DNA of 63,050 nt, counting the filler, from Porpidia crustulata (lineage: Eukaryota): NCBI GenBank assembly GCA_964255105.1. It is 5 parts of 5 records of this genome, joined end to end, with 100 filler letters (N's around TTAATTAATTAA, not from the genome) between each part and the next. Parts side by side here need not be neighbours in the genome. Positions count along the whole stretch, not along the records: positions 12,638 to 25,171 come from CAXUWE010000520.1; positions 25,272 to 37,804 come from CAXUWE010000521.1; 3 more parts are not named here. One strand, 5' to 3'. A program made the position numbers and the translations under genes. This document shows positions 12,638 to 25,905 of this stretch, one piece after another (the stretch's first letter is position 1; every line of letters begins with the position of its first letter). The notes under the pieces are model-generated. The model made no database searches, was not told the origin of the DNA, and saw only the letters and a program-made list of their open reading frames with translations.

Positions 12638-12805
12638 AGAGTCATTTCCTTAGATAGGAGCTTCGTGCTCAACTCATGTAATAGTCAATACACCCAGTTC
12701 TATTGTCTAAGCTATTTGCAGACCTCAGTCTATAGTAGCAAGGAGTTCGTTACTCTAGCCCATCTCTGCCTATATCTTGTGTTGTTATTAGAACAACCGT
12801 TACAC
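12638..12805 (-). mobile_element. Repeat or LTR-like fragment at the start of contig 2
   Basis: Minus strand begins (G)TGTAACGG, and the terminal 51 bp match 12487-12537. Confidence 0.6.
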
Positions 12806-13847
12806 TAGCCTAGAAGATTCGATGGGTTCTGCAGATTTTATCGAACAAGAGATACAGTCGCGTAGTAGAATGGTGGGCCTTTGACGTTCTCATGTATCAA
12901 CTACTTCAGTAATCGCCGTTTTGCGGCGAGGACGAATATGAAATTTACAATGTTATTCTTAATCATGAGTTACTTTTTTCGATACATGTGTTTTAAAATG
13001 CCAAGTATCTAATTTAAACAACAATTGCTTACACGAGAGTCGAAAAAAATTCGACTATTACAAATGCACCAAAGAGATTATGAATGACAAAATTTTAGAG
13101 AACGATTGATTGAAATATCTTCTACAGGAAAGAAATGCCGATTTATTCTAAACCGACGATTAGAGATTGAGAAGATTTGAGCAACTTCGACACAGGATTC
13201 ACTGGCAAGACCTCGATTCCCACGTCTACATAATTCGATAAGTCTACATTTTTTCAGCTTTGACAATCATGGTTCGACACCGTTGATGGAATTTCTGGGT
13301 GGAACATGGCCGATATATGAAGCAGTTTTATGCCCTGTCTAATTTTTCAATCTGTACACCCCGAGCTAAGAATTGGTAGTTACCTTTTTCACTTGGGAAA
13401 GGGAGCAGCATGGCGCTTGAACGACGCACGAGTCCAATTTCAGGTTTCAATCATGAACTTCATGTTTGCGTGATCGTTCAGTGTAGTATCCGGTGGATCC
13501 TCAAGCTCAGAGAATGCGAGCCTCCCTGAGTGACGCTCAAATTGCTAGGTAGTTATTGCGATAATTCCGTGATACCCGAGATTTCACGATTACGAGGCTT
13601 GTCCTTTATGGTGTTTCCGATCACAAATCTTTTAAATCTTAGAGTTGTTATTGGGGTATTCTGTCCGGGATCCTTGGATCCTATGGTACTCAGTACTCAC
13701 TTTGAAACGGTACCTTCAGTTGCAGGTTCTCTTAACATTTTCTAATCTATTTCAGTAGGACATAGTGGGCGGCTCAGTCAATTTCATATTTTGCTGCCCA
13801 TTTGTGCCGCGATAGATTGGGCGAGACAATCGCGACACGGGTTTCCT

Positions 13848-16800
13848 TCATGAGTCATGTTGTGAAGGATTATTGTGCAGATGTTTTTCGCTGTAACCAG
13901 ATGCTTTGTGAGGACTGAGCGACGACCGATGACGGAAATGTGCCCGACTTCTTAGACGGTGTACAGGCTCTCTCATGACGCTTAAAGCGTGAGTCATTCG
14001 TGCTTTGAAGTTGTTGCTTAGTGGCGCTTGTGGCTCCTGATTGAAGTGTTGCTCCTCGACTGCCAAAGAAACAGGATCGCCCAGGATGTACTTATTTGTA
14101 TCATCAAAAAGGCTTGGATGGTGGCCACTAGAGGCCTGAGAGTCAGATAGATCCAGGGAGACTGCCGGAAATTCCAATGCGCCTGGTGATCGACCGCTAT
14201 TGTCCTGGATTTGATATAAATGAGATTCAAGCTTCGGGGGAGTGTGGTGGGTTGCTTCAGGCAAAAGGCTTGAACTTACCCCAGCGTCAGATGCCGCTCG
14301 AGCTGAGAGCGACGCCACCCCTGAAGCGGGATCCGGCAAACGATTGGCCAGCCCACTTGACCGTGGTAACACCGAGCGATTTCTAGGAGACGCCATCCCA
14401 TGAAAGCCCTTGCTAGAAGACTGCACATAGACCTGGTACCCGCCACACCCTTGTGCTAACGGGTCACGAATCTCACGTGCTGTTAAAAGAGGAGAAATCA
14501 GGGACCCCACAGCAGAAGCAGGGCTTATAACCAATGTCTTTCTCAGCGCCTCATCCACTCTAAAATATTGGGCCTGCGGCTGCAGCTTGACTCGATTCTG
14601 ATTGACTCTTTCAGGAAATGCCATTTTTGTTCTCAAGGCTGTCAGAGCTTGCGAGTCATCACATGTTGCGGTGCTATGATCCGGAGTGACACATTCGATA
14701 CAGCTTTCGTTCACAAATGCGTATGCCGCCGTGAGGTGCAAATCTTGAAGGACCTTCAACCATTCGTTTCGCTGCAAGTCAATCTTAAAGGAGCATTCTT
14801 GGTCATTTTGAAGGAAAGCAGCAATGAGACCATCATTTCCTAGGCCGGTTGCATCGAGAACCTCCAGTGCGCTGCATACGAGTTGCGCCATCTCTACCCT
14901 CGCCGAACGGTGGTCTTTCCAGATTTGAAGGATATCGTCGGGATTGGTGCTGCTAAGCGCTCTCAAAAATGGTGAGCCCCATCTACTTGTCTCCCATTGT
15001 GGTATTTGGCGGTTGAGCATCGGGAAGACCGCTTTCGAGAGTAAGAGTGCTTTCAAGCTTATCCATATCGCGTTTCCGGTGCAATGGCTGATCATAACCC
15101 CATGAAATTGATTGAGAATCACGGGATTTGCTCGTTCTGGCTTGTTTACCCACTTATCCAAGATGTGCTGCTTCAAGGTAGTTTTGGGGATCTGTTTCTG
15201 AGTTCCCTGAACCTGGATGCCAACTAATTTAGACATTGACAGACCCACCGCTCTTGATTCCCATCTCCACCTAGAATTCGAAGTTCCAAGAACACCCATA
15301 TCATTGCCATAGGTTTTCTCGAAGTCGCTAATTTCATAAGTGCATGATCCGTTCTCCCGAAAGTGCATCCCTATCATAAGAAGGTCATCCTGTTCCATGA
15401 AGTACTCTTGTTCATGCGACAAGAGGGTTAATTCTTGACGCCTTCGGAAAGATGACCAACTATACCAGTGGCACTTTATAATGCCCTGATCCACATCCAC
15501 AGGTTTGGCATTCACGCGACAGATTACCCCCTTTGAGGTGTTATACTGTTTGATTCGTTTCGGATGATCCTCCCCGACGGGAATTGACCAGATCGGACCC
15601 CACAAATCAGCGATGTCCTCCATTCTGGTCAAGATTGACATGGGGCGACTAGCCTTTTCAGAGCCTGCAGTTTGAACGGAGTGCTGTCCGGTATAGAATT
15701 GACAAACCCACACCTTGTGACGATCGAGAAACTCGTCCAGGCACGCCAACTGCTGCAGGCTACATTCCAGACTTAATTTGCTCTCCTCTCCGCTGTTGAT
15801 CAGAATTCTTGAAGTGTCAGTCTTGATAAAGTCTAAATCGAATCGCAATCCATGCGATCCTACATATGAGACAAGCGCCAGATCAAGTAGAATCGCCGTC
15901 ATCCTGCATAGTTGCACTATGAAGGTATGGGATTGCTGTAGAGTTTCTCGTGGGAAACGAAATAGGGCGAGGGCTTCAGAACATGATTGCTCGAGCCAAT
16001 CTTGAAGATGTAGGTCGATCCAGTCAGATGAATTTCCACCTTCACCAATCTGTACTGTAGCGAGTTCAATTCCAGTTCTCATGGAGTTGATACAATCTGC
16101 TGAAATTCTGACCAGTTTGGCAACATCGTTTTCGGTATGCTTGACCAGGAAGCTGTAATAAGATGTACAAAAGCCAGCTTCTTGTAGATGGCGGAAGCTA
16201 TCCAAGACACGACAGATTATCAAGTAGCTTTTCCAAAGGCTTCCTAAGGTCTGCTGCGAAGTCAGAAAAGCTGCTGTGAACTCGTTTGTCAGATGCCCCG
16301 ACAGTTTTGGGAAAGACTGAATATTAGATCAGACCCATTCAGGTGTCGAGGCAGGCCTCGTGCCGAGCACTGTCTCTGAAAGCTCGTCATCATGAATATC
16401 GTACTTGCCCTGACAGTGGAACCACTCGGAAGCCTTGATGACCTTCTGCTCCAAGGATCTCAATCTTGAATAGTGGGCATGTGGATCGACGATATGCAGA
16501 TCGTCATCGAAGTCATTGTCTATAGCAATCTTCTGCCAGCTTTCGAACGTGGACTCAGCACCATTTTCGTCAAAAGCTTCTGCTGGTGTTCGCTGAGGCC
16601 CATGTGATCCTTGGGGTCTCAGGATAAAATTTAGTGTCGCTCCTTCCTCTATACCAAAATTTAAAAGAGACCAGTCCCCTTTGAGTAGCTTCCCAGCATA
16701 TAGGAGATCCTGTTGATCGACAGGGACATTTGTCAAGCTGCATATCTGACGTTTCACTTGTTCAATGGTGTCCGACGATTGAACCTGCAACTCATAACTT

Positions 16801-16900
16801 CTCCCTGTCGCTATATAACGGCTGTGAGAGACTTGCAGTGATCATAATGATACACACTCCAATCACGGACCGACTTACGTGACCTGAAAAATATACGCAT
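13848..16900 (-). CDS. Ubiquitin-like domain fused to a large uncharacterised domain (about 950-1000 aa)
   Basis: Spliced N-terminus MRIFFRSPTGRSYELQVQSSDTIEQVKRQI...QQDLLYAGKLL...GIEEGATLNFILRPQG aligns by eye with ubiquitin. ORFs 16329-16790 and 13848-16223 are in the same frame, separated by one TGA that may lie in an intron. An upstream exon from ATG 17016 is possible. Confidence 0.7.
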
Positions 16901-19551
16901 ACTGATTAATCTAACTCAAATCAACTAATCCGATATATTCCAAATGCCAGTTCGACCCATGTGCCCATGAAAATTATCCGAGGCGATCCAGTCAGGGAAA
17001 TCTCTTGGTCGCCCATTGAAAAAATGTTGAATGTGACTATGAAAAGGACGTAAGTTGGAAAGAGGGAGTCAGAGTGGATATACGTGATTGGTGTTGGCGT
17101 TGATATATATAGTGTATTAGCAAAGAACAGGAGTAGTCGCATTTTGACGTTAATATATATATTGTCTTCTTTATCTTCAAGAAAGTATTGCCCTTGGGGA
17201 TGGGCAGGCTGAGCGGGGCGATGATAGCCGCCCTCGAGGGGGGTCCAGGAATAAGACCTCTGTATATAACCCCAAGTGCTGGCACCAGCAAACCGTGATG
17301 CTCATATCTCCAACATTTGTTCCGCAGCTGAAGACGCTCGATTACAAGTACGTGCCATGGTTGAGAAATATTAGAAAGTTCCTTCCCAAAGCTTTCGGTT
17401 GAGCCGAGGTGCTTGACGGATAAATACGCTTGTGTAATGCCGAAAACACACATTGGCAGCTACGAAGATGAACATATGGCCTCGTGAAGACCAAAAGGAC
17501 TCCTACCGAGATCCGATCAGGATCAATAGAGTAAGTTGCTCGAGGTGAGCAGCAAGATCTTATTTCTTTCTGTGAAACTCGATGTGAAGTCCAGTCGCTT
17601 TTCCGTGTGATCAGGTTGTCATTGATTGAAGTCTCAGCCATGTTGTGAAGCGATTGCAGGATAAACTGCCAGGCGTTAAGATATCTAAGGTAACACGGGT
17701 AGACGACGTTGCCGCATGGCAGCTGATCTACATCAGTAGTACCAAATGCTTCTTAAATCCAAGGAGGGCTATCTAGAAGTGTTAGAATCGTCCTAATTGC
17801 TAACGCTGAGAAATCCCTGGTCGGAAATCCATTTCTGTTCTTCGCATGAGACGAGCGACAGAATAAGACTTTAGGAATATCATTGATCTCTGGCCTGGCC
17901 AACAGACTTCATCGGCCGGGAGGGGATGCAGAGGACCAAGGCAAGTCTATCTTTCGTTCTTCAAGGCAGACGTGGGCAAGGCTCAGAAGGAAGTTTTAGT
18001 GTTCTAATCAAAGTTTTTTCCACAATGAAGTCAAAAAGTGATGAAATCAAGAGATTAATCGTGATATTAATCCTAATTTATTTTGTGAATAAATTTAGAA
18101 CACTACGAATTTTTTTTTTACGTTAATTGTAGTTGGGGCTCAATCGAGAAAGAGTCTGACTCTCGATCATACATAATTACCTCGATCTTCCACGCAGAAA
18201 CCATCGACCTTCGCCTAGCCTCCACTCGACGCATATCATCCATTGCTGGATGCTTTTTCTGTCCGTGGCGGATGGAAACGTGTGGATTTTGCTCATGTAC
18301 GCAATTATCGGAACCAATTCATCGCGGAACGAATTTGTATTTAGCGAATTGGAGAAATCGTTAAGTAATCTTTCTCGCGTTTTGATTTATACGATGATTT
18401 GATCGTTTCGTAGTCGTTGCTTGCGAATGTTGGCTTTTACAGCGTTATTTCGCCGCAGACAATAGGTTGCACGAATGTGGTTGCGTTGATAGATCTTTGT
18501 TGCTTTGAAGTCTCCCCCGTTTGATCTATCTTCGTCCAACATATCTCTTCCGAAACTTGAAGCACTTTTGTAAAAGCAGTTTTCGGGCGCGCGGGTATAT
18601 TTTATTTTCATGTGGATTGTTTGTCGATCGTGTCTTGGGGCTTTGAACGCAACTGTATTTTCTATCGGACGTTTGACAGAAGACGCCAGGGCCACACAGT
18701 ACTTTTCCACCGTTTGAAAGATGGCAAAAAGCCTTCAAGACTTCATGCCCCAAACGACTAGATATTGAACAGTCTGAGCGCTGGGTCTGTTTAAGCGATC
18801 GAACCTCTAAGTCCTACTGAGACACAGGACATTCCTCGGTAAGTCACTGACTCTGAATCTTCAGCTAGGTTGCCGACGTTGATCGGAACGAATCTGAATA
18901 ACGACTCTTGGCAGGAACGCAATGCTATTGAATTTTGCCTTGAATTTCGTATTGTCCTGATCGGCAGCTTTCGGAGTATCCTGGTACACAAAAGTCAGCG
19001 ACAGCAAAACTCTCAAGATTATCCGTTGGCTACAAACGACCCTGCTGACTCCGTGGCGTCGATAAGTATGATAGAATATGTTACATACTTTACAACGGTA
19101 ATTGGAGTCTTTGTACTCCGTCTTCGCCCAGATTCCAGAGAGTCAGGAAGCGGTCTAGCCTCCTACTGCACGTCGACCGTCAATCCCGTCATTTTCTCTT
19201 ACGTCAGTCTGCTGATAGAAGGACAAAGCTCGATCGAACATTCATTGAATATTGTGGAGATTTTTACTGTTTGGGGGGGTGGGAGAATCACACAGAAGAT
19301 TGACAGGTACGCCCCAAAGCACTTAAAGGACTCTCGGATACACAATGCATTTAAATAGTACTATGCGTAGCTGAAACGTGGTTCGGGTTCATTGAAAGCG
19401 TCCAATCACATTTCCCGTTGACCTCGCAATCGGGCCGATTCGACGACATTCTTCGAAAACCTCAGTGCAACCTCCCAAAAAGCCCCCTCAACGTCGTCCC
19501 TAGATTTTTAGCACAATCAAAGCACGTTGTATGTCATGAATTTTCTTCAGC

Positions 19552-21317
19552 TTAAGAATCATTCGTCTGCCGCCACAGAGGTCCTCGCCTCTCTAGGACC
19601 CAGAATATGGGAAAGGTAGTTCCGTGCAGAACGGCAAACATAACAAAACACCATCCAGAACCCAGTTTTCTGAGCATGACGTCCAAGACGGCCAGCCCTG
19701 CAGCAGCAAGCATACATCTAACAAAGTTGTTTACAGCTTGCACCGAAGCAGATTTATCCGGATAGTAATCAACAAGCAATGTATTCAACGACTGACCTTA
19801 TCAATTCCGAGTCTCCTGAACACGGACGGGACTCTTACAGTGTAAAGTACCTGATTGGAAAACCCTATCAAGAATTGGAGGACAAGAGGTACTGCTATGT
19901 GCTATTCTTGTGAGCTAAGAGCTCCAATCATTTCGGAAGAGTCTCTTTACCACCCGAGCACGCAGAGTCCATCCATATGTAGCGATCAAGGACGCGCAGA
20001 CAATGATAGAGTACTTGTGCGTCCGAAGCCGGGCGTGTTCGATGCGGAATGTCGCGAGATCGTCCCCTCCGACTCGGTCGATGGGAAAACCTTGGGCTTT
20101 AGCAACCTCCCGATAATCTCGATCAAGGATTTTACCTGCGACGAATTTTAGCTATTTAGAGCTACTTTTCAAGTTGGACTTAGAGTTTAGGCGAGGGAAA
20201 GAGTACCAGCTACAACCGAAGCTATCGAGCAAGCAACGCCAAAGGGGATGTAGATCAGACCTGCTCGCAAGCCTGATAAGTGGTATACTGTAACAAATAG
20301 GGGAGATGTAGATGCTTGTAAGCAAGAGTGGACCGTATAATAAATGCCATAGCATAATACGGCTGCTAGAGTCGCACGGTCTTTAAGTAGTACGAGAACC
20401 GAAAATGGGTTGGGAAGCTTGGGGACATCCTTCTGGTTCTCTTGCTGAACAATCAACGATGAATGTTGCAAAGGGCGCAGGATGGAAATGAAAGGGATAT
20501 TGGCGTAAGAGGCGCCACGGCTCCCATTACCAACAAGACGCCTGCACGTTTCGGGAAGAAAAAGAAGCATGATCAAGAATACGAGCGGGGATGCTGTGGA
20601 CAAGAACCAGAAAATGGACGGCCAAGTCCATTTGACGAGAAGCAACCCGCTAATCATAGGAGCCACACTGAGAGGAGTATTGAGACTTTGTGCACCCGTC
20701 AGTTCAGACTCCTCTAATTGCAGTCGTGTGAGATTCAAGAGCATACAACAGCGAGGCGTTTCCAGAATAGCCGCCTCTCTCGTCTGGTGTTGTCAAGTCG
20801 CCGATAACACCATAAGTGATCGAAAAGCCGCCTATAAACTTCCTTCTTATTGGTTGTCACAAGCAGAAGTAAGCATTATCATACCCGATATCGCAGCGCT
20901 CTGAAGCATTCTCAGCATGAATAGCGCGGCAAATGATCTCTGGACTGCGATACCAATGTTTGCAACGGTGTAAACGGCAAGTGAGGCTAAGAGAATGATG
21001 CGACGCCCATATCTATCGGCAACGTTGCTAGTGATGGCTGGAAAAATGCCTGAGGCGATCATATATGAGGTCACAGTGAGATTTATTTTCTGGATGGAGA
21101 CGCCCATATCATGAGCCATGAACGGGATGGCGGGGAAATAGATGTAGCTGCTGGCGGTCGAGAACCACCCAGCCCAGGCGGCGATGAAGATGATCCATCT
21201 CTTCTGCGCTGGCCTGAAGACGGAGTATGGCGGCAATGGCAGAGGTCGAGCAGGGGTATCTTTATCTGGAGGCTCTTTGTCTCCCTCGTTGCTGGTTTCT
21301 TGATTGCCTTCAGCCAT
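19552..21317 (-). CDS. MFS drug:H+ antiporter (DHA1, Qdr-like), multi-exon
   Basis: Motifs PYSVF, INLTVTSY, ADRYGRR, LRMLQSAAISG, DLTTPDERG, LPETCRRLVGNG, NTLLVD, NNFVRC. Introns join the ORFs. Confidence 0.9.
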
Positions 21318-21490
21318 ATCCAGTTCGTCGTCTGATGTTAACAACTTCGTTACAGATCTCCAATCACCAAATTAATGCAAGGCTGCAACGAAACACTAGA
21401 CACTAGCCTATTGCGCATCTTTAGCCAAGCTTGCCGGGTCTCGTGATATGGCTTGCCATCTCAGGCCAGGGGCTCGATTACCTAAGCTAT

Positions 21491-21672
21491 TATTGAGTTT
21501 TTATACGGAGAGAGTGAGGACTAGCGTTTACAAATCGTGATACAGTATCTGAGGAACATGTCTACCAAGGTACCCACCATATCAATAGATCAGATCATGT
21601 GATACAATACTAGAATTACAAGGCGATCTTTGACGCCACGAGCAGGTCATGTGACCTAGTCAATTATTGACA
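21491..21672 (-). mobile_element. Possible degenerate solo LTR upstream of the MFS gene
   Basis: Minus strand reads TGTCAA...CTCAATA with internal GTCACATGAC/ATCACATGAT motifs. No TSD found. Confidence 0.3.
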
Positions 21673-22122
21673 GTGAGCTTATTTCTGGTGCGGCCGGTAA
21701 AATAGGGTTCGGCCCCGGGTGGCCCCGGGCTCTCGGGGCCGCTGCGCTCAAGAAGCTGCGGATGTAGGCTGCTGGATTGCGATCTCGTACGCGAATTCTT
21801 AGCGAAACTTGATTCTCCATTGGGCTGGATGAGGAGACCGCTGATATCGAGCTCAACGGAATGGCGAATTGAGGATAAGCACGGGTATCCTTCATCGCGT
21901 CAATGTTTGTCCGTAACACCCATCGCGAAGCCGTCTAATGCTACATATCATGCACCCCGTAATGCAAAGCCAATCTATGGACAGAAAAATCATGACTTCT
22001 AATACCACGCCGCCATGCGATTCGCTCAAATGCCTTGACCTAGTAATATAGACCGGCTAAAACTGGGTGCTTGTCCACCCAACAGGCGCCCATAGTCAAA
22101 CCGTCAGACCGTAGAAACAATG

Positions 22123-25100
22123 CTACTCCAACGCCTTCATCTTTTTAAAATTGAGTCCGTTCATCACCACAGCCAGCTCGCCATGCAGACAGAAAACCAC
22201 ATGATCGTCCAGAGTCCGTACGGGCAATACTTCGTGTCTGACCGACATGTATTCATCGGGCACGTAGAAGTGCTGTGTGTAGGGGCCCGGCGCAGAATTG
22301 GTTAAATTAATGCTGCAGAGCCACGAATTCTGATGCAAGAAAACAAGACTTCGCGTCCGCTCGCTCACGCCAATGAGATGCTTGCAGTATTTTGGAAGCA
22401 AATCACTCAGGAGCGTCATCTTGTCTAGATCGAAGAGAAACATTGATGATGACGAGACATAGCCCGAGGCGTAACGTACATCAAGGATCAGGGTCTGCGT
22501 ATCGGAGTGAACGATTGCTGAATTAATGTCTGTCTCGTCGTTGCCCTCGCCAACATCGTAATGTAGGTCAGGCTTGAAATCATCGATTTTCGACGGAAAG
22601 GCCGAAGCGCTATATTTGGTGAAAATGTGGTCGTGAATAAGAGCAAAATGCTCCGACTGTTTTACTGGAGAAGGCACTTGGAGCCACCGCCAGACCTTTC
22701 TCTCGCCATGTTCAAAATGTAACGATCCAACGCACGAGCCATCTTTCATTGAGTAGACCTGGTCTGATTGCATTGTTGCCACAAGGAGGTAATCACCATG
22801 GGTGCTGAAGCATAGCTGCTTGGTTCGTCCCTTGATTTGTGCTGCTGAATATGTGTACAAGTGAGCAGGTGAAAGAGCTTGGTTTAGACTCCAGACTTGT
22901 ACAACACAATTAACGTCGCTTGACGCCACAATGCCGTTCTGGCTGACGGCTAGTCCGCTGACGAAAGCGCCATGAGGATGGGTGTACAGCACCACACTTT
23001 GCAGCTCTGTTTTCGTGTCGAAGGCTACGATCTGTCCATTATGCTTCCCAGCAAAAACGATCGGTAAGTAGGGATGGGCACACAGTGCTGTAATCTTTGA
23101 TACCCTACGTATCTCATACTCACCTTCAGTGGCAGCGAGGTACAATGCGTCGTCGCTGATGCTTTGGTCCTCCTCGATATTCTTACGGACAAGGGTTGCT
23201 GGGTTCCAGATCCGCATACCAGAATCTATCACGTCAATCACGCTTGATCCATCTGATACAAAATCGATGATTCGAAACGATGTCGCAGGAGATAAAACGT
23301 GGTACAGAAGGCTTAACGACTCAAAATCCCAGATTTGAAGGACCCCTTGCTTGTCAATAGTAGCAAGCGTTCTCCCATCCGGCGAACAAGACGCCGATAG
23401 GATTCCAGCAGCACTTGAAGTTTCTTGAGCGCTCACCAAGGCCCCAGTATCTGTATCGTAAAGAGCGAGTTCGTGGTCGGTATATATTATAAGTAGGAGG
23501 CTGATGTTAGGGTTGGGGTTGAACAATAAAACGGGCGCAAGCCTGTTATATTTATCACGTGGCCACGCAATGACTTCACCACTTTCGACCTCAAAAATGC
23601 ATACTGTACCCCAGCGATATGCCAGGGCAAGCGTCTCCATGTCGGCGGATAGAGATGCAACATCCGGGGCCTTGACGGTAGGCTCGTCGTCGCTGCCATC
23701 ATCAGGACTCGTATACGCAAACACTTGATCCCCAAGAAGGGCACCCGTCGAGGTATCCCATTTTAGGACGTGACCATGTTGAGACACTGCAACAATAGCG
23801 TTGGCGGATGACGTGAGGAGAATGCAGCGGAACCTGAGTCGAATCTGCCATATTGTGTTTCCCATGCGGTCCATGAGGACAACCGATCTGGTCGTGCACG
23901 CAGCGATAGAACTGTCTGTGAAATGGATAAGATCGATCGGGTGTTTTTGATGAATCACGCTCTCCTTTTGACAGCTTTTGCGGTTGAAGAAATTGATATC
24001 CCCAGATTCCATACCCACCGCAATGAGGTTCTCGCCACAAGAGACAGCTGCAGCTATGCTGTCTTCTCCGAAATTGACGGATGCAACACAGTCATCCCAC
24101 GAGTTCTCCTTGTGCCCTACGACCGATAATCCCGAAGGACCCGGCCGTTTTGCGAATTGCCTGTAGATAGCGGAATCGAGCGGGCAGAATGGTGGAATAA
24201 CGAAATAGATGGACGACGGATCCTGCAACAGAGCCGAGCCGAATTTGGTTGCGATCCTGCTCAAGTCTGTCGACCAACTATCGACGATCTGTACTTGGCT
24301 ACTGAGTGGTGATATGTACTTGGCTCTTCTGTCCAGATAGCCCTTTAAGTTCTTCGATACCCTGATTAAGGGGTACAGATCGCCCATCTGAGCGACCCTT
24401 TCGATCCACGATAGGATATTCGTTTTGAGAAAAAGGTCTAGTGCTAGCAAGATCTCGTCAGTCTCGGCTGAGGCAGAGTAGACATGCTCTGAAAATTGTG
24501 TGATGGCGTAATTCATTAGCGGTGACAGCTCCTGATTCTTGCGAGCTTGGGACAACATTCTCTGGCTTCGAGGTGGTCTCATTTCGCCACTAGAGAGCAA
24601 ATTTAAACATGTCAAAGCGATTCTCTCGTGTGCCCTTGGCTTGGAGATGTAGAATTCCCCAGCGGACTCGGAGAGGAGGAACTCGCGTACTGTGGTATGG
24701 ACAAGACTGACCATACCAGATTGATGGTCAACAAAGATTAGCTGACCACAAAGTCCCTCCACGGCACTTTTGGCGCTAGGAAGAACAGTGTTAATATCCA
24801 ATTTCAAAGCGTTTGAGAGCTCGGGTATAGAGAGATTTCTTGAGCTTGCCACAACCCAAACAAGCACAGCTCTAGCGACATGTCTTTCAAGAGTGTTCTC
24901 AGCCATGGCTCTGACGGTTCTCTCATAATAGGGGACCATTCCTTCGGGGATGCTTTGGAGTATTTGCGTAATGCTTTCTGTAGTATATACCTTTTCCAGT
25001 TCATCCAGAACTAGCCTAACCCATAGAAAACAGGTGTTAGACCTTCGTAATAGGGTCTCAGCTATATTCTTTTTACCACCCACCAGGCCATTTGCCAGAC

Positions 25101-25171
25101 TTTTAACGCGCTCTTCAATATAGCGGGCAATATCGCTGGTGCTGTCCTCTGCCGATACCTCGATGCAGGTT
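22123..25171 (-). CDS. NACHT/WD40 NLR-like protein, C-terminal part (5' end lost at the contig end)
   Basis: Post-NACHT motifs CFLWVRLVLDEL, GLCGQL, LVHTTVREFL, IPPFCP, WDDC, and WD-like SCSPDGRTLAT...IWD. Paralogue of 51754-56594. The frame is open up to the spacer. Confidence 0.88.
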
Positions 25172-25271
25172 NNNNNNNNNNNNNNNNNNNNNNNNNNNNN
25201 NNNNNNNNNNNNNNNTTAATTAATTAANNNNNNNNNNNNNNNNNNNNNNNNNNNNNNNNNNNNNNNNNNNN
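25172..25271. other. Artificial contig spacer
   Basis: 44N-TTAATTAATTAA-44N. Confidence 0.97.
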
Positions 25272-25905
25272 GCATACATAGACGGCAGGGAATGGATATT
25301 CACGGGGCCGCGGGTATTTTTATTTTAACTATTAGTGAGCTACAGCGGGTGCATATTCGAGGCGTTGGAGTAGGGTAGCTTCCTTTTCATTTTGTACAGC
25401 TCCGGTTGCTACGTTATCGTGATAGAATACATGGCGATAAAATACATGGCGTCTGTAGGATCGAAATTTCTTATACAACAGTTGTGATATGCAACTAAAT
25501 CTACCGGTGATTTATATGGCTTAAGAGTCAGAGGAGCAATATCTTTCATTTTCGTTTTCCGTTGCTACGGACACATACATGAACGAATGAGATACACCAT
25601 CACGGTAATCTCCCCACTCTACCCTCGGAGCTCTCTAAAACGTCTGACGAATAATTTCTTTCATCATCAACAACATGCGATCCCCGTTCTCACGGCGTGG
25701 CTGCGAGAAGACTGATATAGCTCTGTACAGATAGATAGGCCGTCATGGTAAATACACAGATGCTCTTGGAAGTTCGAAAATCACGATATGCAGACGCTAG
25801 AGATGCTAGAAACGCCTCGCTTTTTTCGCCGTGAACGTTTTGAAATGCTTTGTAAATAGAGCCGTCGACCACCGACTTTCTGGGACTGGTAATGAAATGT
25901 CACTT

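Noticed and set aside
12487..12805. Apparent terminal inverted repeats of one transposon spanning the gap
   Set aside because: The two arms are on different, size-sorted contigs, so they cannot be assumed to belong to one element.
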